32,853 nucleotides of DNA from Malassezia furfur (lineage: Eukaryota). This document shows positions 10,640 to 20,615 of this stretch, piece by piece. The notes under the pieces were generated by a model that ran no database searches, had not been told where the DNA came from, and worked only from the letters and a program-made list of their open reading frames with translations. Position 1 is the first letter of the stretch, and each line of letters starts with the position of its first letter. The stretch is taken from the NCBI GenBank assembly GCA_052055015.1, contig JBQJIT010000081.1, one strand, 5' to 3'. The position numbers and the translations under genes are program-made.

Positions 10640-10845
10640 ATGCCTGTTGGATCTGTCGCGCCCATCAAGGGCATGCTCCGCAAGAAGTTCTTCTTCGACG
10701 TTACCATGAGCCTTGGTAGCGGTATCACTTTCGCCCTTGCGTTCTGGTACGGCGTTCACGTCCCTCGCGTTCAGAAGCGTACGTTATCTATTGTGCTCAT
10801 TCAGGCGACGCCTACTACGCCAAGCTTGAGAAGGAGTCTGCATAA
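10640..10845 (+). CDS. COX9: Cytochrome c oxidase subunit VIIa (Cox9)
   Basis: MPVGSVAPIKGMLRKK...FWYGVHVPRVQKR|DAYYAKLEKESA* after intron 10779-10804 (26 nt); resembles yeast Cox9 (IAPITG...WW.GFH...KREKFYAEL). Confidence 0.85.
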
Positions 10846-10883
10846 AGTCGTAGCTGACTACAAATTCATCACTCCGAGGATTC

Positions 10884-12926
10884 TCACCAGCACTCTTCCT
10901 GCCAGCGAAGCTCGCTTTCCAGGGTGGACAAGTACCGCTCAGCCTGCTCTGAATCCATGTGTCCATGGGTCTGGAATATGTCCACCATGGCTTTGCGCAC
11001 TTGTTCAGGCATCTTGCCCGACGACCTGATGTCAGTTGGAGACATACCCAGAAAGGTATGCGATCCCACGTCGAGGCCCGAGGATGTTCCAGACTTCTGC
11101 GCCATGTTGGCGTAAAACATCCTGCACGTAGACCTTTTCCTTCTGCTCGCGACTTGCCGCGATATACAGACGGATAAGCGGCTGGTGTATCGCAAGCCGC
11201 TCTATTGCCGCGGCGGCCTCGTCGTGCGTCGCGCTTGCGTCGCTCGGCGGCGTCTCGCATTTGTCAGCAAGGCGCGACCACTCCGCCCGAAAGAGGAGGT
11301 CGCGCGCGGTGTAACGACATCCAACAACCACGGTGTTGTCTGCGATTGGAGGGCTTGATGCGATACGTTCCTGTACGATGGCACGCAGGGGAGCAATCCC
11401 AGTTCCAGGGCCAATGGTCAGGATGGGCGTGGAAGGCTGGGCAGGGAGGAGAAGCGTGCCGGGGATGATTCGAATCGGTAGGCGCTTAGGGGGTTCAAGG
11501 CGCGCAATCCATGCGCTGCACACCCCCTCGCGTGGCTTTTGTAGGCGTGTTTTGTACTTGACTAGGGCAATGGCCAGTTGAATGCGGTGTCCATAGAGCT
11601 GAGATGAGCAATCGACCACGTACAGTGGGCCCACTGGCAATGCTGAACTGCCTTTCGTGCAGGAGGGGGAAGGTCTCCATTACGTATTCGACGGGTATCT
11701 TGACGCTGGTGAATTCGTAGAGTACCTCGGCCATGGTACGGCGCACACGTTGGGCGTATTCGTACATGTCGTCGGTCCCATCACCTGGCTGCAAGTATTC
11801 CTCCAGCTTCTCGCGTTCGCGATGCCCTGGCGGAGAGAAGTGGGCAATGACCTCGAAGAAGCGGCGTCGTGGCACAGCAAATGGGTCCAGATATTGTGTG
11901 AGAAGGCGACGGAGCGTCAAGCTGCCGTGTTTGTTCTCGTTGGCCAGTGCCGGCGGAAGAGGTCGGACTGGGTGAGCGCATCACTTACAAGGATCCGTGT
12001 CGGTGAGAGATAAACGCGTGTCAGCCTCTTTTGTCCATTCAAGCCGCTGAATGAGCTGGTCCACCTTTTCAGGCGCGTTCTCGGGCATAAGACAGACGAC
12101 GTCCCCCGCTTTGTACGCAGGTAAACCGACACCTTCGTCCAAGTCAAGTTCGATCAAGCGAACATCTTGGAAGTGGTCGGCTGCGGTCAGGCGTTTGTTG
12201 GTTGTGAGTGTTGCATGCATGGGTGCTTGATCAAGAAAGGCCTCAAGTTTGGCATCCAAGACGCTCGTGCGAACACGGGGCGGCAGCAGGACATTTTCTT
12301 CGATCGGCTTGGTTCCAGTTGGCATAGGAAGGTATCGATCGAGCTGTTCCTTGAACTGGTCAATCCAGGGCTGGAGACCGCCATCGATCCTGGGTCAAAC
12401 AAGCACATACCCCAGATAATGTTGGTCATCTGCTTCACCGTCTTCGAACCAGAGGTGGGCTCCAAGTTGTTTCAGCCGCTTGCTAAGCATGCGCGCGGCC
12501 CAGCAAAAGCGTGCGTAGGTCGAGTCACCCAGTCCGAATACGGTAAAAGTCAGATCGGACAGAATGTCGTCCGGTAGCGAGGACCGCAGCAGGAAGCGCC
12601 AAAAAGGACGAGCGGACACTGGAAACTCGCCATTGCCTGTTGTTGAAACGACGAACACGACGAATTCCTCGTTGATCAAATCCGTCTGTATTGGTCTTGA
12701 CACGTACCTTGTCATAGTCCGCCAGGTTGAAGAGGCGCACTTGAATATGTCGACGGTAGGCAATACGCGCCAGACGTTCCGCAACTTCCTCGGCATTTCC
12801 GGTCTCAGTCGCATATAGAATCGTTATAACGCGCTGGTCAGTGCTCTGTGCTGCATCTTCTGTGTCGATGTTCGGGCGTTTGGCGTGATCGCCTACGTCA
12901 GTGCTGGCTCGCTCTTCCGCTGCCAT
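10884..12926 (-). CDS. TAH18: NADPH-dependent diflavin oxidoreductase 1 (Tah18/NDOR1)
   Basis: ILYATETGNAEE, STTGNGE, FGLGDSTY, HFQDVR, RQFSIAS, IGPGTGIAP, KVYVQD, C-terminal EECW. Five introns: 12686-12707 (22), 12390-12410 (21), 11968-11988 (21), 11599-11623 (25), 11026-11047 (22). Confidence 0.92.
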
Positions 12927-13017
12927 GCACGTCACGACGCGTTATCCGATAATGTAAACGAGCCTCCACAATCTCAAATTGGACCAAAATTAGGGAGACA
13001 CTTGGGTCCTACACACT

Positions 13018-14447
13018 TTACTTAAGGTCCTTCTGGTCGGCCCACTCCTTGCCGTCCACGGAAGCCTCCCAGGCAAGCATGTCCTCGAAGAACTTCTTGT
13101 CCTCGGGCTTGTTGAGGTCAAGCGGGGTCACCTCGTAGCTGTCAATGTCTGGGGCCGCGCTCAGCACAGGCTTCCAGTCGTGGCCACGGAGGACAACGAT
13201 ACCGGCGATGACGTTGTCGTTCGCCTTACCGAACACACCGGCCGTGCCCATGACGTACTTGCGAGTGGCCTCGAGACGCGTGAAGAAGCCACCGATCTGG
13301 TTGCTGCTCATGAACACGTGGGTAAGCTCGTCGTTGTACTTGAAGTCGAAGCGCCAGATGCTCCAGCCCTCGGGGTCAAAGTGCTCGTAGAACCAAGGGA
13401 TGGCCTCCTTGCGAGGGTCCTTGTTCGAGTACACGACCTTCCACTCGTTCAGAATGAAAGGCGAAGGGGGAAGAGCATCCAGAGGGTTCTTGGGCTTCTC
13501 CTCCTTCGGGGCAGGCGCGTCACCACCAGCGGCGGCGCCAGCGGCGGCGCCAGCAGCAGCACCACCAGCGGCAGCGGCAGCCTCCTTCTTGGGAGCCTCA
13601 GCCTTGGCGGGCTTCTCCTTCTTCGGGGGCGTGTACTTGCCGTCCTCGGCAGCGAACTTGGCGTCCACAGGGACCACACCGCCCAGCGCGCGCTGGTTGA
13701 CCACGGTGGTGTAGTAGCGCAGCACGTTGGGGTACTTCTCACGCGTGGCGGGGCCAAGGTAGTAAGAGTACGCAAAGTACAGGGCGGTCACGGCCACCAG
13801 GTCAGCAGCCGTGACGTTGTGGCCCACCAGGTACGTGTTGCGGTGCAGGTGGTCCTCCATGACCTTGAGACCACGGTGGATGTTGTCCCAGTTGGAGGTG
13901 TCCGCAAGCTTGGTGTAGGGGAGCTTGCCGCTGTACAGGAGGTAGAGACCAATGGCACCCTCCGTCACCATCGTGTCGACGATGTTGATCCACTGCGTAA
14001 CGAGCGCGTGCGCCTTGTTGTCCGTGCCGAGGAGCTTGGTGTTGTCAGACAGGCTCGAAACTGTTGAGTTAGTATGCAAGTCCAAATAACGCAGGGCAAG
14101 TAGAGCTCAGTATAAAATACCACAACGTGCTAAGGCGCACAACCCTCGACATGGTTGATTAAGTCAGGGATAACTGAATTCAAGCATCCTGTACCCCACT
14201 TGCCCTGCGCTTTTTACAACGTACTGTACTCGACAATGGCGCGGCTCTCGCTCAGCAGGAAGCCATCGGAGCCCTCAAAGCCAGGCACCTTGCCGGTCGG
14301 GAACTTAGCAAGGAACTCGGGCTTGTGCGTGTCAGCGACCGGGGCAGTCTCCACGACCTCGAGGTCAAGGCCGTTGACCTTAGCCGCCGCGATAGAGCGG
14401 AGCACCCGCGGGTTAGCAGACTGGCCGTAAAGTTTCCCAATGCTCAT
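13018..14447 (-). CDS. TEF4: Translation elongation factor 1B gamma
   Basis: GST-like N-domain (KFPTGKVPGFEG..GFLLSESRAI), Ala/Lys linker, EF1G C-domain (WKVVYSN, WFYEHFDPEGWSIW, FMSSNQIGGFFTRLE). One 164-nt intron at 14061-14224 (GTACGT...TACTAAC...CAG). Confidence 0.95.
14090..14209 (-). ncRNA. SNR38: Intronic box C/D snoRNA, snR38-like (predicted guide for the LSU rRNA Gm2815-equivalent)
   Basis: Lies in the EF1-gamma intron. Terminal inverted repeat CGCAGGGCAAGT/ACTTGCCCTGCG; C-like box AGGATGC (14184-14190); antisense element CAGTTATCCCTG (14165-14176) complementary to LSU CAGGGAUAACUG; D'-like CTTA; D box CTGA (14107-14110). Yeast snR38 is also hosted in the TEF4 intron. Confidence 0.85.
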
Positions 14448-14596
14448 TGTGGAAGATGGAATGCAGCCGAAGTTTTTCTGGACAGTTTTCTTTGCACGGT
14501 CATCCCACGCGAACCACGTGGGCGTAAATCCCAGAGTGATCGAGCCGACGCGTAGCCGCTCGGTGCAGGCGGTTTCTTGTCGTCGACGCACAGGTC

Positions 14597-15398
14597 ATGT
14601 CGCGCAGGTACGATTCGAGGACGACAACATTCTCGCCCGAGGGGCGCCTTTACCAGGTAGAGTATGCCATGGAGGCGATCTCGCACGCAGGCACTGTCCT
14701 CGGTATCCTCGCCAAGGACGGTGTCGTGCTCGCTGCAGAGAAGAAGGTCACAAGTAAGCTCCTGGAGCAGCACAAGAGCTCCGAAAAGGTGTTCCAGCTG
14801 AGTGGCAATGTTATTGCCGGCGTCGCAGGCCTTACTGCTGATGCCAACTCGCTGGTCAACTACGGCCGCAATGCTGCGCAAAAGTATCTGCTTTCGTATG
14901 ACGACGATATCCCCGTGGAGCAGCTGGTGCAGCGGCTGTGTGATATGAAGCAGGGCTACACCCAGTTCGGTGGTCTTCGTCCGTTTGGTGTCTCTCTGCT
15001 GTATGCCGGGTACGACCCGCACCACGAGTTCCAGCTATACCAATCCGACCCGTCCGGGAACTACTCTGGTTGGAAGGCCGTGTGCATCGGCATGAACAAC
15101 GGCACGGCCACCAGCCTGCTGAAGCAGGACTACAAGGACGATATGACGGTGCAGGATGCGCTCGGTCTTGCTGCGCGCGTGCTGAGCAAGACGATGGACA
15201 CGACGTCGATGGAGGGCGACAAGCGTACGTGGCATGGTTTTTCTGACTCCAGTGGAATTCGCCGTCCTCACGCGCGATGCGCGGACAGAGAAGCTCGTCT
15301 CGCATATCCTGAGCGTTGCCGAGATCGACCGTGTTCTGAAGCGGCAAAAACTGGCCAAGACCGACGAGTCGGGCGACGCCATGACCGTGGATGCATAG
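14597..15398 (+). CDS. PRE9: 20S proteasome subunit alpha-3
   Basis: [51 protein letters not shown]. Intron 15225-15252 (28 nt) restores K|LEFAVLT...; stop at 15396-15398. Confidence 0.95.
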
Positions 15399-15434
15399 CT
15401 TGGTATTTTTTTCATATTGCTATCGACATTTTGA

Positions 15435-15868
15435 TCACCGGCGAATCGCCGGTGGGCGGGGGGGTGCGCGACCGCGCCGGGTTTGTGCTGGTGGGTCAGC
15501 AAGAGCGGATACATACCGCGCATGATCGTCGCACGTCCACGAGCCGCGCCGATACCGCGACCCTTCATGGCGTTGGGGCCGACGCGCTTGAACATCGGCG
15601 CCTGCTGGAGCATGTCAGGCACAACCATGAATCGAATCATGTTGCCCCGCACGTATACACTGTCGAGATGACTCTGCTTGCCGTCGCGCCCGGTGACGGT
15701 AATTTCCTTCATCGTGATGTTGAAGTTGTCCTCGGCTGCGTGAGCTCGACCAAAATACATACCATCAAAGAGGCGGCCGCGGTAGCTCGCGCCCCCCTTG
15801 AGCTCAATCGTGATAATGTGCCCCACCGCCTCATGGAGCAGCTTCACCGGGATGCCCACCGTTCCCAT
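15435..15868 (-). CDS. SMD3: Small nuclear ribonucleoprotein Sm D3
   Basis: [19 protein letters not shown]...YRGRLFD|AEDNFN...[17 protein letters not shown]; introns 15736-15762 (27 nt) and 15488-15516 (29 nt); RG-rich tail. Confidence 0.93.
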
Positions 15869-16091
15869 GGCGACCGGTGAGGAACGAACAAACCCACGTG
15901 ACCCCGATGACGCGGGCGGCGCGTGGCATAAACAGCGCGGGCCCGTTGTGGGGCGCGCGCGCGCCGGTGGTCTAAGCGGATCGGCAACAGACACCCTCCC
16001 CCCGGCCAAAACCCTATAGCGCGGCTTGGCAAGCACACACCCACACACACGCGTGGTCCATTAATTTATTTTTTGTGCATTCAGTAACGCA

Positions 16092-16447
16092 ATGCCTAAG
16101 GAGCCTAAACAGAAAGTTTCTTCCAGCACACGCAAGACCAAGTCCAAGAAGGACCCCGCGGCGCCGAAGCGGCCGCTGAGCGCGTACATGTTCTTCAGCC
16201 AGGACTGGCGGGAGCGCGTCAAGTCGGAGAATCCCGATGCAGGCTTCGGTATGTGCATGGCGCACTGACTCCAGGTGATGTCGGCCGCTTGCTCGGCACC
16301 AAGTGGAAGGAGATGAGCGAGGACGAAAAGAAGCCATACATCGACATGGCCAACCGTGATAAGGAACGTGCCGAGGCCGAGAAGGCTGCTTATGCGGTAT
16401 GTGTGCGTGCCCTGCACCCGCGATGCTGACCCCAGAACAAGGAGTAG
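16092..16447 (+). CDS. NHP6: HMG-box non-histone chromatin protein Nhp6
   Basis: Not in the ORF track. [56 protein letters not shown]...; introns 16249-16274 (26 nt) and 16397-16435 (39 nt); ends NKE*. Confidence 0.92.
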
Positions 16448-16576
16448 GCGTCTTTGTGTCTACCCGTGCCATTGCTATCTTAGCGCCTAGTGTGCGTCGA
16501 GTACCGAGGCGTGCTTGCGCGTGTACCTCTCGAGCTGTGTATGTTTCCATAATTCGCGCATTCTTTGGGGCGATAT

Positions 16577-17649
16577 CTACTTCCCAAACATGCGGTCCAG
16601 CAGGTCCATGGACTGCTCATACTAGTGTAAGCTTGTTTTGTTCAACGTACCACCGTGAACACGATGCCGCCGCTGAGCATCAGACGCGCGAGACGCGGGG
16701 TCGCGCCGCGCCAGAACGCCAAAATACCCTCGTTGCGCAACACCTTGCGCATGCAGTCCAGCGTTCCGTTGTAGTTCTTGCGCGCCTCGAGCGATTGCAT
16801 ACGCGTCTTGACGACACTGTGTTAGTCTCACTCGACATACTCGAGCGGCATGGTTGCGTCTGGCGTTAGTCATGACACGTACAGACAGTAACAATTCCTG
16901 CCACAGCACCAATCCCAAACGTGATCCCACCCGGGAGCGGCTGGCCCGGGCGCGACGAGCCCTGGACAAAGTTGCGCAGCGTAGAGTAGGTGCCGAAGCG
17001 CACCGCACTGTTGGCACCCTGGCGGAGCATGACGGGCACCAGACCACGGTAGATGCCGCGCAGGCCCTCATCACGCACGATCGCCATCGAGCCGCTGATC
17101 AGGCCGGGCGGGTACTTGGGCGTTGCACGCTTCGCATCGTCGATCAGCTTGGTTCTGGGGTCAGCGTGGAGCGACGCACTTGATCGTCTCACTGGGCGTC
17201 ACGGCAAACACGGCCTCGGTCATACCTGCACCCAGTCCGGCGAGCAGACTGCGCGGGCCAGACAGCTTTCCCTGCGTGAGTTGGGGCACCTACGTCCTTG
17301 TCCTTGAGCAAGGACTTGAAATGATCGTAGGACAGGAACCGCACGCCCGCCTGCGCGTTAGCCATGCACCTACTTTGAGCGCGTTGCCAGCAACCAGGGC
17401 ACCACATCCACTGTACAGGCCCGTGATTCCATGTTGCGCGACGGTTTCCTTGACAATAACGAGCGGATTCGGTGGCTGCGTTAGTGCATGACTCACCTTG
17501 GCACCCGCCTTGGTCGCAAACTGCGACACCGTCTTGGTGTATTCAATCGGGTATGTTGCGAAGCCCTCAACGGCGCCGGCCAACGTACCCGAAGCAAGCG
17601 AGAAGATGGGGTTCGTCTTTGCCAGCGCGTTGCGCTCCTTCGCCGCCAT
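16577..17649 (-). CDS. CTP1: Mitochondrial citrate/tricarboxylate carrier
   Basis: Three PX[DE]XXK carrier repeats ([24 protein letters not shown]), [26 protein letters not shown]. Seven introns: 17476-17496 (21), 17351-17373 (23), 17272-17293 (22), 17155-17179 (25), 16860-16882 (23), 16817-16840 (24), 16622-16650 (29). Confidence 0.92.
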
Positions 17650-17688
17650 GATAATAGATTATCGAGGGAGCACCTCCACCTGGGGACC

Positions 17689-20532
17689 CTAGGGCCTATA
17701 GGACAGCTCAACACTTGCTATGGTCGATGTGGAGAGGTCCGGCAGTCCCTTACTGGGCACGGACGGCAGCCGCCTCTCCACGTCTCGACGCACAGGGTTC
17801 GGCGTCGAGGCCAGCCCGACGCTCGGTGACGTATGTTGAACCATGCGCTTGGCTGCTTCACTCGACACGCGTCGCGCACTGTTCGTGGCTTTGGGCTGCA
17901 GCGCGCGCCGCTCGGGCACATTGCGCTGCACTAGCGCCTTCCAATGCGCCGTTGCGTTCTGCGTACCACGCTTGAGCATCTGCAGCTCCTGGTCTTTGGC
18001 AGAGAGCGCAAGAGAAAAGTGCATCGCCTCCTTCGTGAGGTTCTCTTTTTGTTTCTCGAGCTTGACCAGCTCCAGCCCACGGTGTGCGACATCGTGCTCC
18101 AGGGCATGGATGCGTTTCCGCTGATTGTGAATGGTGGCAGTGAGCTCGGCCTCACTCTCTTGCTTCGCCTTCGACAGGCGCAGGACCGCCTCGGCTCCGT
18201 CGTGCACCTGGTTCTCGAGCTCGGCGACGCGCTCCTCCAACTGCGTTTGCAGCTCGAGCCGCTCGAGTTCCTGGTTGTGGAAGGATTCTTGTGCAGCCTG
18301 TGCATCGGCCTCGGCCTCGTCCAGCATGCGCTCGAGCTCGGCGACGTGCGCCTCCCATGCTTCACCGCCCTGCGGCTCAGCAAGCTTCGCATGCAGCGAC
18401 TCGACCTCGGATTGGAGCGAGGCGATCACATCGTCGGCCTCCTGCGTACGGCGCTCGAGCTCGGCCTGGATCTTGTCGATTTCGGCACGCAGCGCCGCGT
18501 CGCCTTCGCTCGGGGCCGATGGCTGCGCCTGTGCACGGCGTACTTCGGCGTCACGCAAGGCAGACTCACGTGCCACGGCGACCGCATGCGCAATGCGCCG
18601 CTCGACTTCCTCCTCGGATACGGCGTGGGGGGTGGGATGTGCCGCTAGCCGGATTTCGAGGTCCCGGCGCTCCATGTCGAGCCGCAGATGCGCCTGCTTC
18701 AGTTCCGCCTGCTCCTGCTCGACCCGGCGCCACTCGTCCTGGAGCTGGATACGCTCGAGGTCCAGCTGGGCGCGTGCCTGGTTAAAGTGCGTCTGTGCAG
18801 CCTCGTGGGCCTCCTGCTCCCGGACGAGCTCGGCGCGCGCTTCCTCCAGCGAGGCACGCTCCGTGTCGCGTGCGTCGTCGTCGTGGCTCGGCTCGATCGC
18901 AAGCATGGGCGCGGCGGGCAGCATTTGCAGGCGCTCCTCGAGCTGCATCGCGAGGCGCCGCAGCTCTTCCGCAGCCGGGGCGTCCGACACTGGCTGGTGA
19001 TCCAACAGGCCGGTGACGTGCGACTCAAAGGCGGCCATGCGTTCTTGGGCGTGGCGTAAATTCGATCGGAGCACCTGGTTCAGCCGGTAAGAGCGCGCGA
19101 GCCGGTGCTGCAGGAAGATGGTCCGCTCTGTGTGGGTGCGGTCGAGCTGTGCCACCGTCTCGAGCAACTCGCGCGCATCGACATTGCCGAGCGAATCGAT
19201 GGAGACGAGCTTGTTGGTGAGCTCTTCCAGGGCATAAGGCACGAGCTCGCCTGCCTCTTCCTCGTCCAGCTCATCCTTCTCGGTCAAGTAGCTAAACTCG
19301 TACACCCCCGGCCAGCCTTCGGCGTGCTTGGCCTTGTCCGAAGCATCCGGCGAGTGCAGCACACTGGCATCGGACCGCGGCGTCGCCCAAGACGCAAAAC
19401 TCGTCATGTAGCTTGCATCCCGATCCGGGGTTGTCCGTCGGCTGCGGTGCGAGGAGCCCAGGCGGGACTTTGGCGTGCCGATTCGCGAGAGAGACCGCGA
19501 CGTACTCGTCGGTGTCTGCACAGCAGGCGCTGCGACGCGTGGCTGTTCTTGGGCGGAGGAGTGCGACGCCGCTGGACGCGCCCGCATTGTGGGCGACGTG
19601 GTTGGCGATGTCGATGGTCCCGCTCCTTGCATGGGTAGCGCATCCTGCTGCGCAGAGGGACGGGCCGCGGAGGAGGATGTGGCCGCAGGCGCAACTTCGA
19701 CGTCGTCTTGCTTCTCCTTTACGTCGAGCGGTCCCCTCGTCTGCGACTGGACAACAGGCGGTGGCGAGTGTACCGGAGACGTCGATGTCCCCCCCACGAA
19801 GGAGAGGCTTTGCCGCTTTAAGCTGGGCGGAGGCGATACAGGTGGTGTGGACGTCGATTGCGAGGCGACAGACACCGGCTCCGCTGGCGGCTGTGCAGGC
19901 GGAGTAAGGAGCCGGTATGTCGGCGACGAGAGGGGTGCCTCGTGCTCTAAGCTGTCCTCATCGTCCGCCACCTCTGCGTGCCTCGGCGTCGGCGACGACA
20001 GGGGCGACGTCGACGGGCTGCGTTTGCTCTCGGACACACGCATCGTCGGCTCCTCCAGGCGTGGCGAGCTCGACGGCGACCTGGATTCTTCCTGGATAGT
20101 ATTCGACACTATCCGTGCCCTGACTGTGTCTGGGGCCGGCGCGGGCAGCGTTTGCTTGGCACCGGGCGTCGTCGGCAGGAGCGGCTCCGAAGTGCTCTGT
20201 GCGAGGCCCGCCAATGCATCGCCGACTTCGCGTTTGAGGAAGCTTTCGGTAAAACTCATCTCCATCGACATGCTCTCCTGCAGACTGGTGTGCTGTTCGT
20301 CCAAGTTGGACATGTCAGAGAGCTGCATGCTGGCGCTAGCGTCGGCGTCCTTGGCAGGATAGATGCTGCTACCCTGTGATGCGGAGAGCACGCTTTCTTC
20401 GCCTGTTTCGTAGATACGCATGCCAAAGCGTACGCTGCTGCCAGTACCTGGCGTGCGTGGCGAGCGCAGAATACCGGCCTGGCCGTCTGCCCGCGGCGTC
20501 TGCAGCGCGCCCTCGCGCCCTGGACTGGCCAT
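17689..20532 (-). CDS. Uncharacterised protein: S/T-P-rich disordered N-half and long coiled-coil C-half
   Basis: Intronless ORF of about 947 aa from the first ATG (MASPGREG, 20532); E/Q/A/L heptad-rich region ending LALSAKDQELQMLKR; fills the gap between CTP1 and MRD1. Confidence 0.8.
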   Translation of the reverse strand: MASPGREGALQTPRADGQAGILRSPRTPGTGSSVRFGMRIYETGEESVLSASQGSSIYPAKDADASASMQLSDMSNLDEQHTSLQESMSMEMSFTESFLKREVGDALAGLAQSTSEPLLPTTPGAKQTLPAPAPDTVRARIVSNTIQEESRSPSSSPRLEEPTMRVSESKRSPSTSPLSSPTPRHAEVADDEDSLEHEAPLSSPTYRLLTPPAQPPAEPVSVASQSTSTPPVSPPPSLKRQSLSFVGGTSTSPVHSPPPVVQSQTRGPLDVKEKQDDVEVAPAATSSSAARPSAQQDALPMQGAGPSTSPTTSPTMRARPAASHSSAQEQPRVAAPAVQTPTSTSRSLSRIGTPKSRLGSSHRSRRTTPDRDASYMTSFASWATPRSDASVLHSPDASDKAKHAEGWPGVYEFSYLTEKDELDEEEAGELVPYALEELTNKLVSIDSLGNVDARELLETVAQLDRTHTERTIFLQHRLARSYRLNQVLRSNLRHAQERMAAFESHVTGLLDHQPVSDAPAAEELRRLAMQLEERLQMLPAAPMLAIEPSHDDDARDTERASLEEARAELVREQEAHEAAQTHFNQARAQLDLERIQLQDEWRRVEQEQAELKQAHLRLDMERRDLEIRLAAHPTPHAVSEEEVERRIAHAVAVARESALRDAEVRRAQAQPSAPSEGDAALRAEIDKIQAELERRTQEADDVIASLQSEVESLHAKLAEPQGGEAWEAHVAELERMLDEAEADAQAAQESFHNQELERLELQTQLEERVAELENQVHDGAEAVLRLSKAKQESEAELTATIHNQRKRIHALEHDVAHRGLELVKLEKQKENLTKEAMHFSLALSAKDQELQMLKRGTQNATAHWKALVQRNVPERRALQPKATNSARRVSSEAAKRMVQHTSPSVGLASTPNPVRRDVERRLPSVPSKGLPDLSTSTIASVELSYRP

Positions 20533-20615
20533 GGGGGACGTGTTGCTTGGGCACACGCGCGCGTTTTGTCACGTGCTCGGCCAAAAAAAAGCTTGCCGAG
20601 TTGCCTCGGACTGCC

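Noticed and set aside
10884..12926. TAH18, CTP1, SIT4 and VPS21 look frameshifted or fragmented, like pseudogenes or programmed frameshifts
   Set aside because: Every break coincides with a GT...branch...AG segment whose removal restores the conserved protein.
14597..15880. Apparent 427-aa proteasome alpha subunit with a long novel C-terminal extension overlapping SMD3
   Set aside because: Artefact of reading through the 28-nt intron at 15225-15252; the spliced frame stops at 15398.
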